In this document: piece by piece, positions 1 to 7,284 of the stretch
How the letters are laid out: each line of letters begins with the position of its first letter
Numbering within the stretch: position 1 is the first letter of the stretch
Assembly (NCBI GenBank): GCA_964621445.1
Contig: CAZUNO010000008.1
Span: 19,234 to 51,233, forward strand
Source of the DNA: Candidatus Hadarchaeota archaeon
GTDB taxonomy: Archaea; CAYQAE01; CAYVLA01
Direction: 5' to 3'
DNA length: 32,000 bases
Program-made: the position numbers and the translations under genes
Notes under the pieces: generated by a model
What the model saw: only the letters and a program-made list of their open reading frames with translations
Databases searched by the model: none
What the model was told of the DNA's origin: nothing

Positions 1-1
1 T

Positions 2-349
2 GATGTTCTAAACATCTCGGGGGATTTTGATAAATACAAAAAAGAAATTGGAGGGGATATCGGCGAGGGAAAGAAGACTCTGATGGTCATTCACCTATTG
101 GAGCATGCCTCCCCAGAGGACCGAAGGATAGCCAAGAAGATACTTGGGAAGCCTAGGAAGGAAACCACGGCCTCCGACTATGAACGGGTAATAAGCATTA
201 TGAACAAGCAAGGTTCAGTTGAATATGCCAGGAAATTGGCCGAGAACAAGCTCCGAGAGGCTAAGGGCAAAATGTCCTCCCTGCCCAGCTGTCAGGAGAG
301 GAAATTGCTCCTAAGGATGACCGACTTCCTGGTTAGAAGAGATTTTTAG
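2..349 (+). CDS. idsA: Polyprenyl (geranylgeranyl) diphosphate synthase, C-terminal part; 5' end lies upstream of the window
   Basis: The frame is open from base 2. DVLNISGDFDKYKKEIGGDIGEGKKTLMVIHLLE matches the region after the second Asp-rich motif of trans-prenyltransferases (GKxxGxDIxEGKxT). Stop TAG at 347-349. Confidence 0.8.
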   Translation, partial: DVLNISGDFDKYKKEIGGDIGEGKKTLMVIHLLEHASPEDRRIAKKILGKPRKETTASDYERVISIMNKQGSVEYARKLAENKLREAKGKMSSLPSCQERKLLLRMTDFLVRRDF

Positions 350-377
350 GACCGTTATTGGAACTTGGCGTGATAAA

Positions 378-518
378 ATGTGGAAAAAGGGCATCTGCGA
401 TAAGTGTGGGTCCAAGGCCATGGTAAAGAGGACCAGGGGCAAGACTCTTTGCCGGGAATGTAAAAAAGAGCTTAAGAGGAAGAGAAAGATGGAGAAGATC
501 CGACGGGACAATTACTAA
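378..518 (+). CDS. 46-aa very basic CxxC-x13-CxxC zinc-ribbon protein (not in the ORF track, below its size cut-off)
   Basis: ATG 378 to TAA 516-518 gives MWKKGICDKCGSKAMVKRTRGKTLCRECKKELKRKRKMEKIRRDNY. It has two CxxC knuckles and a Lys/Arg-rich tail. The listed antisense ORF 311..511 is a Leu/Ser/Phe-rich shadow of these AAG/AGA codons. Confidence 0.5.
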   Translation: MWKKGICDKCGSKAMVKRTRGKTLCRECKKELKRKRKMEKIRRDNY

Positions 519-796
519 ATTCTTGTTACCCCTATTACCTCAACGTTCTCAACATTCTCCTGCGTTTTTATGACCTCCTCGACCGGGGTCGTTCCCCCTT
601 CCTTGTCCTCCATCAATATATTGATCACCAGTGCCTCCAACCCGAAGGCTATCGGGTCCTTCCGGTAGATCTCTATCTTCGTATTTTCAGGAAGTGAATT
701 CTCAATCCTGGAAACCAATTCATCAAGGTCAATGCCCACATCCGTGGGCATTACCCTAAATTGAGCAATTACGTCAAGTTCAACCAATTCAAACAT
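515..796 (-). CDS. ef1b: Translation elongation factor aEF-1 beta
   Basis: 93 aa, the typical size. N-terminus VIAQFRVMPTDVGIDLDEL and C-terminus VENVEVIGVTRI resemble archaeal EF-1beta. It lies directly downstream of its usual Zn-ribbon partner gene. Confidence 0.88.
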   Translation of the reverse strand: MFELVELDVIAQFRVMPTDVGIDLDELVSRIENSLPENTKIEIYRKDPIAFGLEALVINILMEDKEGGTTPVEEVIKTQENVENVEVIGVTRI

Positions 797-799
797 CCT

Positions 800-961
800 C
801 TACGGACCTGAAAACCCACAATTGGGACAGATATACTTGTTACTTGTCCTCCTGCATCTCGGACAGCGATAAAGGGTTTTCTCTCTGCACTCAGGACAGG
901 TGAATTTCACATACCTCGTCTTGGGCGGAATTTCCTTTCTACAGGAAGCACAGACTACCAT
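800..961 (-). CDS. 53-aa double zinc-ribbon protein, COG2888-like (predicted RNA-binding, translation-associated); not in the ORF track
   Basis: The reverse strand reads MVVCASCRKEIPPKTRYVKFTCPECREKTLYRCPRCRRTSNKYICPNCGFSGP*, with four CxxC pairs. Its stop lies 3 nt before the ef1b start, the classic archaeal gene pair. GGAGGT sits about 14 nt upstream of the ATG. Confidence 0.75.
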   Translation of the reverse strand: MVVCASCRKEIPPKTRYVKFTCPECREKTLYRCPRCRRTSNKYICPNCGFSGP

Positions 962-1135
962 TACAAATCTCCCTACCTCCAGCCGGGGTATAGATGAAAA
1001 ATGTTTTCAGAGGTTATCCGCTTTAAGGAGACTCCAATCTCCTCCGTTTGAGGTCTATGATTGGTTTAAGGAACCTAGAGGGCCCTTGATGTAGTTCCGA
1101 TTTACCGAAAACGTGTATATCACCTCCAAGGTACA

Positions 1136-1143
1136 TTTTTAAG
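1136..1143 (+). promoter_or_regulatory. TATA-like box (TTTTTAAG) about 50 nt upstream of the dacZ start
   Basis: This is the only A/T octamer in the proximal upstream region of dacZ. GAGGT (1182-1186) lies 7 nt before TTG 1194. Confidence 0.3.
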
Positions 1144-1151
1144 TTTGGAAA

Positions 1152-1168
1152 GGTGCCCTTTGGTGCCC
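1152..1168 (+). repeat. Direct repeat GGTGCCC-TTT-GGTGCCC (10-bp register) between the putative TATA and the dacZ start; candidate operator
   Basis: Exact heptamer at 1152-1158 and 1162-1168, read directly from the sequence. It sits where a TSS would be expected, about 25 nt downstream of the TATA-like box. Confidence 0.4.
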
Positions 1169-1193
1169 GGCCGACCGTGGCGAGGTATCCCCC

Positions 1194-2021
1194 TTGGACC
1201 TAGACCTTCTTGAAGTCTCCGAGGAAGTAGGTTGTCTAGTAAGAGCTAGGAAGATCGTCTATTTTGTGGATGTCCAGAAGGTGGTTGATACGCTTCTGGA
1301 AAAATCGGATGAGGACGTGCTAATCGCATCATCCAAGAAGTCCTTGTTGGAATCGGTTCCCGAATCACGCCGGCTCCGCGTTCCTGAGGTCGCTCCCACG
1401 AATCCAACTAAGTATGCGGTCATGAAGCTCCTTGACAGGGAAATAGTTGAGGTTGGGGATGTTGTGGTCTGTGTCCTAAAACGTTCAACTCCCCTGGATA
1501 CGATGTATATAGTTCCCGTCGAGGAGTCCATGAAAGAGGAGCTGGCCTTCCTGAGATCCGTTGGAATGGAGGTTCTGGAGGCCGTGCTCAGGATCGCTGT
1601 TGAGCTAGGTCGAGAGGGCAAGGAAGGCATGCCTGTGGGGACGGCGTTCATAGTGGGAGATACGAAGAACGTGCTCAAGAACTCGCACCAGATGATTCTC
1701 AATCCCTTCAAAGGTCATCCTAGGAGTAGTAGGAATGTACTTAACTCCGATATCAAGGAGGTAATCAAGAGCTTTTCCCTTCTGGATGGCGCATTCGTCG
1801 TCTCGGACAAGGGGTATATTGAATGTGCAGGCAGATATCTGGATGTAGATGCAAGCGACGTGGAGATTCCGGCAGGGCTAGGTGCTAGACACGCAGCGGT
1901 GGCAGGTATCTCAAGAGTCACCAAATCGGTGGGGATAACGGTTTCTAAGAGCGGGGGGATTGTGAGAATTTTTAAATCAGGAAAACTGATTCGAGGCATT
2001 GATCCAAAGTCCTACTCTTGA
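1194..2021 (+). CDS. dacZ: Diadenylate cyclase, archaeal DacZ type (DisA_N/DAC domain at the C-terminus)
   Basis: The C-terminal half carries DAC signatures: LLDGAFVVSDKG (DGA motif) and GLGARHAAVAGIS (RHxA motif). 275 aa with an N-terminal regulatory-like domain. TTG is the only start after the in-frame stop at 1140-1142. Confidence 0.8.
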   Translation: MDLDLLEVSEEVGCLVRARKIVYFVDVQKVVDTLLEKSDEDVLIASSKKSLLESVPESRRLRVPEVAPTNPTKYAVMKLLDREIVEVGDVVVCVLKRSTPLDTMYIVPVEESMKEELAFLRSVGMEVLEAVLRIAVELGREGKEGMPVGTAFIVGDTKNVLKNSHQMILNPFKGHPRSSRNVLNSDIKEVIKSFSLLDGAFVVSDKGYIECAGRYLDVDASDVEIPAGLGARHAAVAGISRVTKSVGITVSKSGGIVRIFKSGKLIRGIDPKSYS

Positions 2022-3534
2022 CCAAGGACGTGATTACACGAAGACAACCAAAAGCGTTTGTCCCCAGTGCTTGAGAGTTATCGATGCCCAACTGTATGAG
2101 AGTGACGGGCGTCTAATGATCAGGAAGGCTTGTCCGGATCATGGAGAATTTGAGGATGTCTATTGGTCCAGGTATGATACATATGAGAGGTTTTTGAAAT
2201 TTGACAGGGAAGGTCCCCATCTTGACAATCCCCGGACGGAAACCCTTCTCGGTTGTCCCTATGACTGCGGCCTGTGTCCGCAGCACGAGACGCCCACGGT
2301 TCTGGCCAATATAGACGTGACAAATAGATGTAATTTGAGATGCCCCATCTGCTTTGCCAATGCGGCCGCTTCGGGCTTCGTTTTCGAGCCTAGCCAGGAA
2401 GAGATAAGAGAAATGCTAGAAAATTTGAGGAAAAACCGTCCATTTGCCTGTCCCGCCGTCCAGTTTTCCGGCGGGGAGCCGACCGTTAGGGAGGACATCT
2501 TCGAAATTATCGGCATGGCCAGGGAGGTTGGGTTCCCTCAGGTCCAGATAGCTACTAATGGAGTAAAGTTGGCAAAAGACCCCCAATATGCTGTGAAGCT
2601 AAAGAAGGCTGGACTTTCCACCGTCTATCTGCAGTTCGACGGTATAGAGGAAGGCCCATATCTTGCAGCGCGCGGGTATAATGCCCTGCCCCAGAAGATC
2701 AAGGCGGTTAGTAATTGCGAAAAAGCCCATCTGGGAATGGTTCTGGTTCCCACCTTGATCAAGGGGGTGAACGACGACCAGCTTGGGGGGATGATAAGGT
2801 TTGCTGCCCAACATATTAAGGCGGTTAGAGCTCTAAACGTACAGCCGGAGAGTTTCACGGGCAGAACGGATCTGGATGATCTGGAGAAGCAGCGGATTAC
2901 CATCCCCGACTGTTTGGACGCCATAGAGAACCAGACTGAGGGGTCCGTCCAGGCAAGTGATTTCTATCCCGTGCCCTTTGTGGTACCTATATCGGAGTTC
3001 ATCTCCGCCTGGAGTCAAACAAAACAGGTAGAGTTTACCTGTCATCCGGCCTGTGGAGCGGCCACCTATATCTTTGTCGATGATGGGGAGATAATACCCA
3101 TAACCCGTTTCGTTGACGTGGAGGGCTTCTTCGAGTACCTGACCGATATGTCGGAGGAATTGAAGGAGGACTCGGGAAGGGTTACCAAGTCAAAAGTAAC
3201 CATAAAGATGGCCAGGTCCTTCAACCAGTTCGTGGATAAGGAGAGGAAACCGCCCGAGCTTAAGATCAGGAATCTATTACTCAGCGTTTTGGGTTCAGGT
3301 ACCTATTCCTCCTTGGGAGATTTCCACAGCAAGACCATAATGGTGGGGCTGATGCACTTCATGGATCCCTATAACCTGGACCTGGACAGGGTTTCCAAGT
3401 GCGCCATCCACTATGCGCTCCCCGACGGTCGAATAATCCCCTTCTGTTCCTACAACACCATCCATAGATCCAAGGTAGAGGAGGAAATGGGCATCCCGTT
3501 GGAGGATTGGAAGACCCAGCATGACGGAAATTAG
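1999..3534 (+). CDS. tes: Radical SAM enzyme with N-terminal CxxC..CxxH knuckle; tetraether lipid synthase (Tes/GDGT-MAS)-like
   Basis: CNLRCPICFA is a CxxxCxxC radical-SAM cluster motif, followed by GGEPTVRED. N-terminal TKSVCPQCLRVIDAQLYESDGRLMIRKACPDHGEF looks like a rubredoxin/Zn knuckle. The length of about 510 aa matches the MJ0619/Tes family as I recall it. The radical-SAM call is solid; the Tes assignment is from memory. Confidence 0.6.
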   Translation: MIQSPTLDQGRDYTKTTKSVCPQCLRVIDAQLYESDGRLMIRKACPDHGEFEDVYWSRYDTYERFLKFDREGPHLDNPRTETLLGCPYDCGLCPQHETPTVLANIDVTNRCNLRCPICFANAAASGFVFEPSQEEIREMLENLRKNRPFACPAVQFSGGEPTVREDIFEIIGMAREVGFPQVQIATNGVKLAKDPQYAVKLKKAGLSTVYLQFDGIEEGPYLAARGYNALPQKIKAVSNCEKAHLGMVLVPTLIKGVNDDQLGGMIRFAAQHIKAVRALNVQPESFTGRTDLDDLEKQRITIPDCLDAIENQTEGSVQASDFYPVPFVVPISEFISAWSQTKQVEFTCHPACGAATYIFVDDGEIIPITRFVDVEGFFEYLTDMSEELKEDSGRVTKSKVTIKMARSFNQFVDKERKPPELKIRNLLLSVLGSGTYSSLGDFHSKTIMVGLMHFMDPYNLDLDRVSKCAIHYALPDGRIIPFCSYNTIHRSKVEEEMGIPLEDWKTQHDGN

Positions 3535-3542
3535 ATTCCGTA

Positions 3543-4895
3543 TCAGGTATCTATCTTGCGCCTGTAGCCAGCGACGATCTTTTCCAGGCCCTCAGCCGCC
3601 TTTTTCGCCTGTTTCTTGGATAACTCGCTTCTTTTCCTTTTTATGATCCTTTCCAACTCCTGCTTCTTGGCGACGGCGGTTGAACCCACCCTCAGGTAAT
3701 TGAGTTGTTGGCTGGGAATTGCGACTATCTTCGCCTCCTCCAAGCTTTGGCGTGCTTGAGCCGGAAGGTTGCCCTTCATAAAGACTGCCTTGGTGCCAGT
3801 TCCTCTCAGTAAATCCGAAATGGAGCCCCCGGCTCCGGAGGCGTCATCGACCATAATGAAAGGTATCTCTTCATCGGGGATGCTTTCCGTTAGCTCTCGG
3901 AATGTATTCTTGGATAGATCATCGGTAATAGGTATGGCCTGTATCCTGTCGGCCACCCTATTAAGGCTGGAACTGGAAAACGATGATAGTTTCCTGCGCA
4001 ATCTGTTTCTGTCCTCGGCAACCCGGGATAGGCTCCTCTTCATTTCCTTGATCATCTCGTTACGGGAGTTTACCTCCTTCGACCTCACGATTTTCCAAAA
4101 TCCCTTGGACCTTGCCTCCTCTAATTCATTTCCCAGGGATCTTATCTTGAGTTCCCTCTCCTTGATCTTGGTCTTAAGATCCAGTATCTCCTGTTTCATA
4201 TTCTTGATCATGGAGTCCTCTATCCGGTGAGCCCTTTGGAGTTTCGATTCATTTACTTCGGATGGCTGGGAACGCTCTGCGCCTTGACTATCCTGGCGGC
4301 TTGTAGGCGATGGGCCTTCCTTTCCAAGTTCCCGGGCGAGTGATTCGCTCAGGCTGGTTCCCGAAACCACTCTGGCCTTTACCTGTTCCGATATTTCAGA
4401 GAGCCCCCTATCCTGGAGTTTCTTATCGATCCACCTGAATTTTTCCTCGTAGTTATCAAGGGCCTTAACAGCGGCGGCAAAGGCGTCCTTTTCATGTGAG
4501 TTGTTAAAGGCCGGTCCCTGGTTGGATTCCTCTGCATACTGGCTCGCTATCTCCCTCTTCTCCTCCACGGTGAGGGATCTATTGGGAACAAAGGGCACGG
4601 CCTCGAAGAGATGACATATCTTCTCGACGAAACTGGGTATAGGGGATACATCTGAGGCAATTACCAGAGGATAGCCATGGTCCATGATTAGGTTGGTCAC
4701 ATCGTCGATGGAGCAGGTTCTAAGGCTGCGAATTCCAAGAACCTCTCCCTCGATCCCCAGAATGGCTATTCCCACCGTCGTTCCCGGGTCGATGCCTACT
4801 ATGAGGTTTTTCTTTTCTCCCAAATCTTGTTCCTCATTACTCTCCTTATCTCTTCCTCGCTCAGTGAGGGATATTTTTTCCTGAAATGGTTGCAT
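3543..4895 (-). CDS. DUF460/COG2433-type protein: RNase H-fold (RuvC/YqgF-like) domain plus long coiled coil
   Basis: NLIVGIDPGTTVGIAILGIEGEVLG is a typical N-terminal RNase H-fold/DUF460 motif. The central region KQEILDLKTKIKERELKIRSLGNELEEARS is heptad-rich. The start is uncertain: ATG 4895, or in-frame TTG 4823 just before the conserved core. Confidence 0.7.
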   Translation of the reverse strand: MQPFQEKISLTERGRDKESNEEQDLGEKKNLIVGIDPGTTVGIAILGIEGEVLGIRSLRTCSIDDVTNLIMDHGYPLVIASDVSPIPSFVEKICHLFEAVPFVPNRSLTVEEKREIASQYAEESNQGPAFNNSHEKDAFAAAVKALDNYEEKFRWIDKKLQDRGLSEISEQVKARVVSGTSLSESLARELGKEGPSPTSRQDSQGAERSQPSEVNESKLQRAHRIEDSMIKNMKQEILDLKTKIKERELKIRSLGNELEEARSKGFWKIVRSKEVNSRNEMIKEMKRSLSRVAEDRNRLRRKLSSFSSSSLNRVADRIQAIPITDDLSKNTFRELTESIPDEEIPFIMVDDASGAGGSISDLLRGTGTKAVFMKGNLPAQARQSLEEAKIVAIPSQQLNYLRVGSTAVAKKQELERIIKRKRSELSKKQAKKAAEGLEKIVAGYRRKIDT

Positions 4896-5695
4896 ATATT
4901 TTGGACATCCCTCTCAAATATTTCACCGGCCTGCGGGTGCTCTAACCCTATCCACTGTGGCCAATCAATTATCCTGAACTCCTTGCCGTTAATTAGCACG
5001 TTATATTCGCTTAGATCACCATGAATTATGCCCAGCTCCCTGCAACGGGCGATGGATTCCAGGATGCCCTCCAGAAGATCACCGGGATCAGCCGCTTTGG
5101 TCTTGGATAGCTCGTTTCCATGAAATCTGGACTCTATCACCGCGTTTCGGTTATGGGAAAGTGCTTCGGGTACCGGTATCTGACCATTCAAACGGTTGAG
5201 TGCCCGGTACTCCCGCTTGGCAGCTATCTTGGCTGCGTAAAGCCACGTGAAATGATGTTTATCCTTCAGATAGGGTCTGAGTCTATTGACCTCGTGAAAC
5301 GAGGTTCTTCCCAGCCGGTGAAACTTGACGATTAATTCCCTACCCTGGTTGAGCGCCTCGTATATCTCCGATTCCTTTCCCACCGCCACCTGGCCTCCGA
5401 TCTCCTCTATCTCCTCGCTATTGACCAGTACGTTCAGGGCCAGGAAATCGTAACCCAGGGGGAGGAGCTGGAAACCTTCATAGGGATCGCTCTCCTTGTG
5501 GATCAATCCGCGGTCTCCCAGGCGCCCTAGGTGGTATTTGAGGTCGGGGAGATCCATCTTCGTGTATTTTAGTAGGCGGGTTTGAGGCACGAGACTACTA
5601 CGCTTTAGGCCAGTTTCTATGGAATGGAGAACCTTGAAATCGTCCTTTCCAAGCTCCTTGAAGCTGGTAAAGCTCTTCTTCATCCAACACCTCAT
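4799..5695 (-). CDS. rio2: RIO-type serine/threonine kinase Rio2 (N-terminal winged helix plus RIO domain)
   Basis: DFKVLHSIETGLKRSSLVP is the wHTH part. GVGKESEIYEA is the P-loop-like part. IIHGDLSEYNVLI is the catalytic loop. IIDWPQW is the metal-binding region. The start may be the MKKSF methionine at 5683. Confidence 0.85.
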   Translation of the reverse strand: MRCWMKKSFTSFKELGKDDFKVLHSIETGLKRSSLVPQTRLLKYTKMDLPDLKYHLGRLGDRGLIHKESDPYEGFQLLPLGYDFLALNVLVNSEEIEEIGGQVAVGKESEIYEALNQGRELIVKFHRLGRTSFHEVNRLRPYLKDKHHFTWLYAAKIAAKREYRALNRLNGQIPVPEALSHNRNAVIESRFHGNELSKTKAADPGDLLEGILESIARCRELGIIHGDLSEYNVLINGKEFRIIDWPQWIGLEHPQAGEIFERDVQNICNHFRKKYPSLSEEEIRRVMRNKIWEKRKTS

Positions 5696-5706
5696 TTCAA
5701 AGTTTT

Positions 5707-6579
5707 CTAGTAGATTCTTCCATATGCCCGGTCGCGCTCCATTTGGCGGAGCCTATCCACGCGTTTCGCCGTAGGGGGGTGGCTGGAAAAGAGGCGGGAG
5801 ATTGCATCTCCTCTAAAGGGATTAACGATAAACAGGTGGCCGGTGGCAGGGTTACCTCCCTTGGCAGGTTTTCTTTCGGCTATGGATTCTATTTTCTCAA
5901 GTGCACTGGCCAGGCTACCTGGTTTGCCGGAGATCTCAGCCCCTTTCTCGTCGGCCCCGTACTCCCTATTCCTTGAAATGGCCATACGTATCATGACTGC
6001 GGCAAGGGGGACCAATATGGCTATTAGAACCAGTCCGATAATCCCCATTCCTCCCTGGTTTCTGCGGCCTCCTCCACCCATGAGAAGACTCCACCTTGCC
6101 CAGAACGCCATATATCCAATTGCCCCAGCTATTGCAGCGGCCAGTACCATGACCAGGGTGTCTCGATTCTTGATGTGGGCCATCTCATGTCCCAAAACGC
6201 CTTCAAGTTCCTCCCTGCTCAGCGCATCCAGGGCGCCCTCGGTCACCGCCACTGCAGATGAAGAGGGGTCTCTGCCCGTGGCGAAGGCATTTGGTATCCG
6301 GCTGGAGACCAGGGCGACCTTGGGTTTTGGTATGCCAGCGTTGTTTGCCAGCCGGGATACCATCTTCTGAAGCTCGGGATACTCCGATTCCTCCAGAACC
6401 TTGGCTCTATACATCTTCAGGATGATACTATCACCATACCAGAAAACGATCAGGTTACCAAAAAGTGCCAGGGCAAAGAAAATGAAAAGGGTGTAGGGAT
6501 TGCCGTTGCCGACGATATAGCCAACGATAAGCATCAATGAAAAAAGGAAGGCCATCAACAGGGTACTTCTTATATCCAT
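5707..6579 (-). CDS. htpX: Membrane zinc metalloprotease HtpX (peptidase M48)
   Basis: HEMAHIKNRD is the HExxH motif. There are N-terminal and central transmembrane segments, and a C-terminal SSHPPTAKRV motif typical of HtpX. Confidence 0.9.
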   Translation of the reverse strand: MDIRSTLLMAFLFSLMLIVGYIVGNGNPYTLFIFFALALFGNLIVFWYGDSIILKMYRAKVLEESEYPELQKMVSRLANNAGIPKPKVALVSSRIPNAFATGRDPSSSAVAVTEGALDALSREELEGVLGHEMAHIKNRDTLVMVLAAAIAGAIGYMAFWARWSLLMGGGGRRNQGGMGIIGLVLIAILVPLAAVMIRMAISRNREYGADEKGAEISGKPGSLASALEKIESIAERKPAKGGNPATGHLFIVNPFRGDAISRLFSSHPPTAKRVDRLRQMERDRAYGRIY

Positions 6580-6594
6580 ATGTTTCAGAATTGG

Positions 6595-7140
6595 TCATAT
6601 TACCTCAAAAATGTGTTCAAAAAGCCAGTTCCTCGCCTTGGGGGGATATCTCTTTTCCCCATGATGGATTTCCATGACCCTTTCGGCCGTCCTTTGCTTA
6701 TCCTCCTCGCTGGTATCCAGTTCACTGACTTTTTCGCCATGAATATCAATGGCCTCGGTTAGAATAATGTCCAGGACTTCAGCTTCCAGGTTCTCTCGCA
6801 CCTTGTCAGGGGACCATTTCTTGTCATCTAACCTATCCTTGAGGATGCGTGGGTTGGTTCTAAGTACCACAACCGAGGTTGCCGGTCGGAAGTGATGGGA
6901 AAGATGACCGGTAATTACCAGTTCGCCATGTTCTCTGCATGCGCTGTTCAGGGCCTTCATGAGCTCAGGGACGGGAATTACCAGGGTTTCCCCGTTCTCA
7001 AAATAGGAGTATATTCCCCGAGTTAATGCAAATCTCTGAATTTCAATTACCGGAAGACCGAAAGCTCTAATAATACGGCCCACAGTGCTCTTGCCGGTGC
7101 CAGGAGTTCCAGTCACACAGGTGATGCGTTTTTCAACCAT
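6595..7140 (-). CDS. fap7: Fap7/AK6-type nucleotide kinase (COG1936, small-subunit maturation NTPase)
   Basis: Walker A motif ITCVTGTPGTGKST at the N-terminus. 181 aa. ITGHLSHH motif. Size and layout match archaeal putative adenylate kinase/Fap7. Confidence 0.7.
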   Translation of the reverse strand: MVEKRITCVTGTPGTGKSTVGRIIRAFGLPVIEIQRFALTRGIYSYFENGETLVIPVPELMKALNSACREHGELVITGHLSHHFRPATSVVVLRTNPRILKDRLDDKKWSPDKVRENLEAEVLDIILTEAIDIHGEKVSELDTSEEDKQRTAERVMEIHHGEKRYPPKARNWLFEHIFEVI

Positions 7141-7201
7141 TATTGCTACTCCGTATCTCTACCTTGTCGATTCGAGTGTGTCCGACCTACTTAAAATAGC
7201 A

Positions 7202-7209
7202 TTTATATA
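7202..7209. promoter_or_regulatory. Consensus archaeal TATA box TTTATATA with A-rich BRE-like flank, in the fap7/lonB divergent spacer
   Basis: AAAATAGCATTTATATAC at 7192-7210. It lies 76 nt upstream of the lonB start and 62 nt upstream of the fap7 start. AAGGTGG SD-like element at 7271-7277. Confidence 0.45.
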
Positions 7210-7284
7210 CGCATTTTCCTCATTTCTGCCAACTAATCACTACGCAATTAGATTGGATTAGACGCCGTTAAAGGTGGATTTTGT

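Noticed and set aside
311-511. 66-aa minus-strand ORF listed in the track.
   Set aside because: It is a Leu/Ser/Phe-rich mirror image of the Lys/Arg-rich + strand zinc-ribbon ORF (378-518). It overlaps the idsA 3' end and has no start context.
1026-1043. Perfect 6-bp hairpin AGGAGA-CTCCAA-TCTCCT, plus a 37-aa minus-strand ORF (MYLGGDIHVFGKSELHQ...), in the 232-bp divergent spacer between the Zn-ribbon/ef1b operon and dacZ.
   Set aside because: The hairpin is short and could arise by chance in a purine/pyrimidine-biased stretch. The ORF has no SD, no motifs and an ATG fused to an A/T run. Neither is strong enough to report without conservation data.
900-1094. 64-aa + strand ORF listed in the track.
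   Set aside because: It overlaps the minus-strand COG2888 zinc-ribbon gene, which has four CxxC pairs and the conserved linkage to ef1b. The rest of it lies in promoter DNA.
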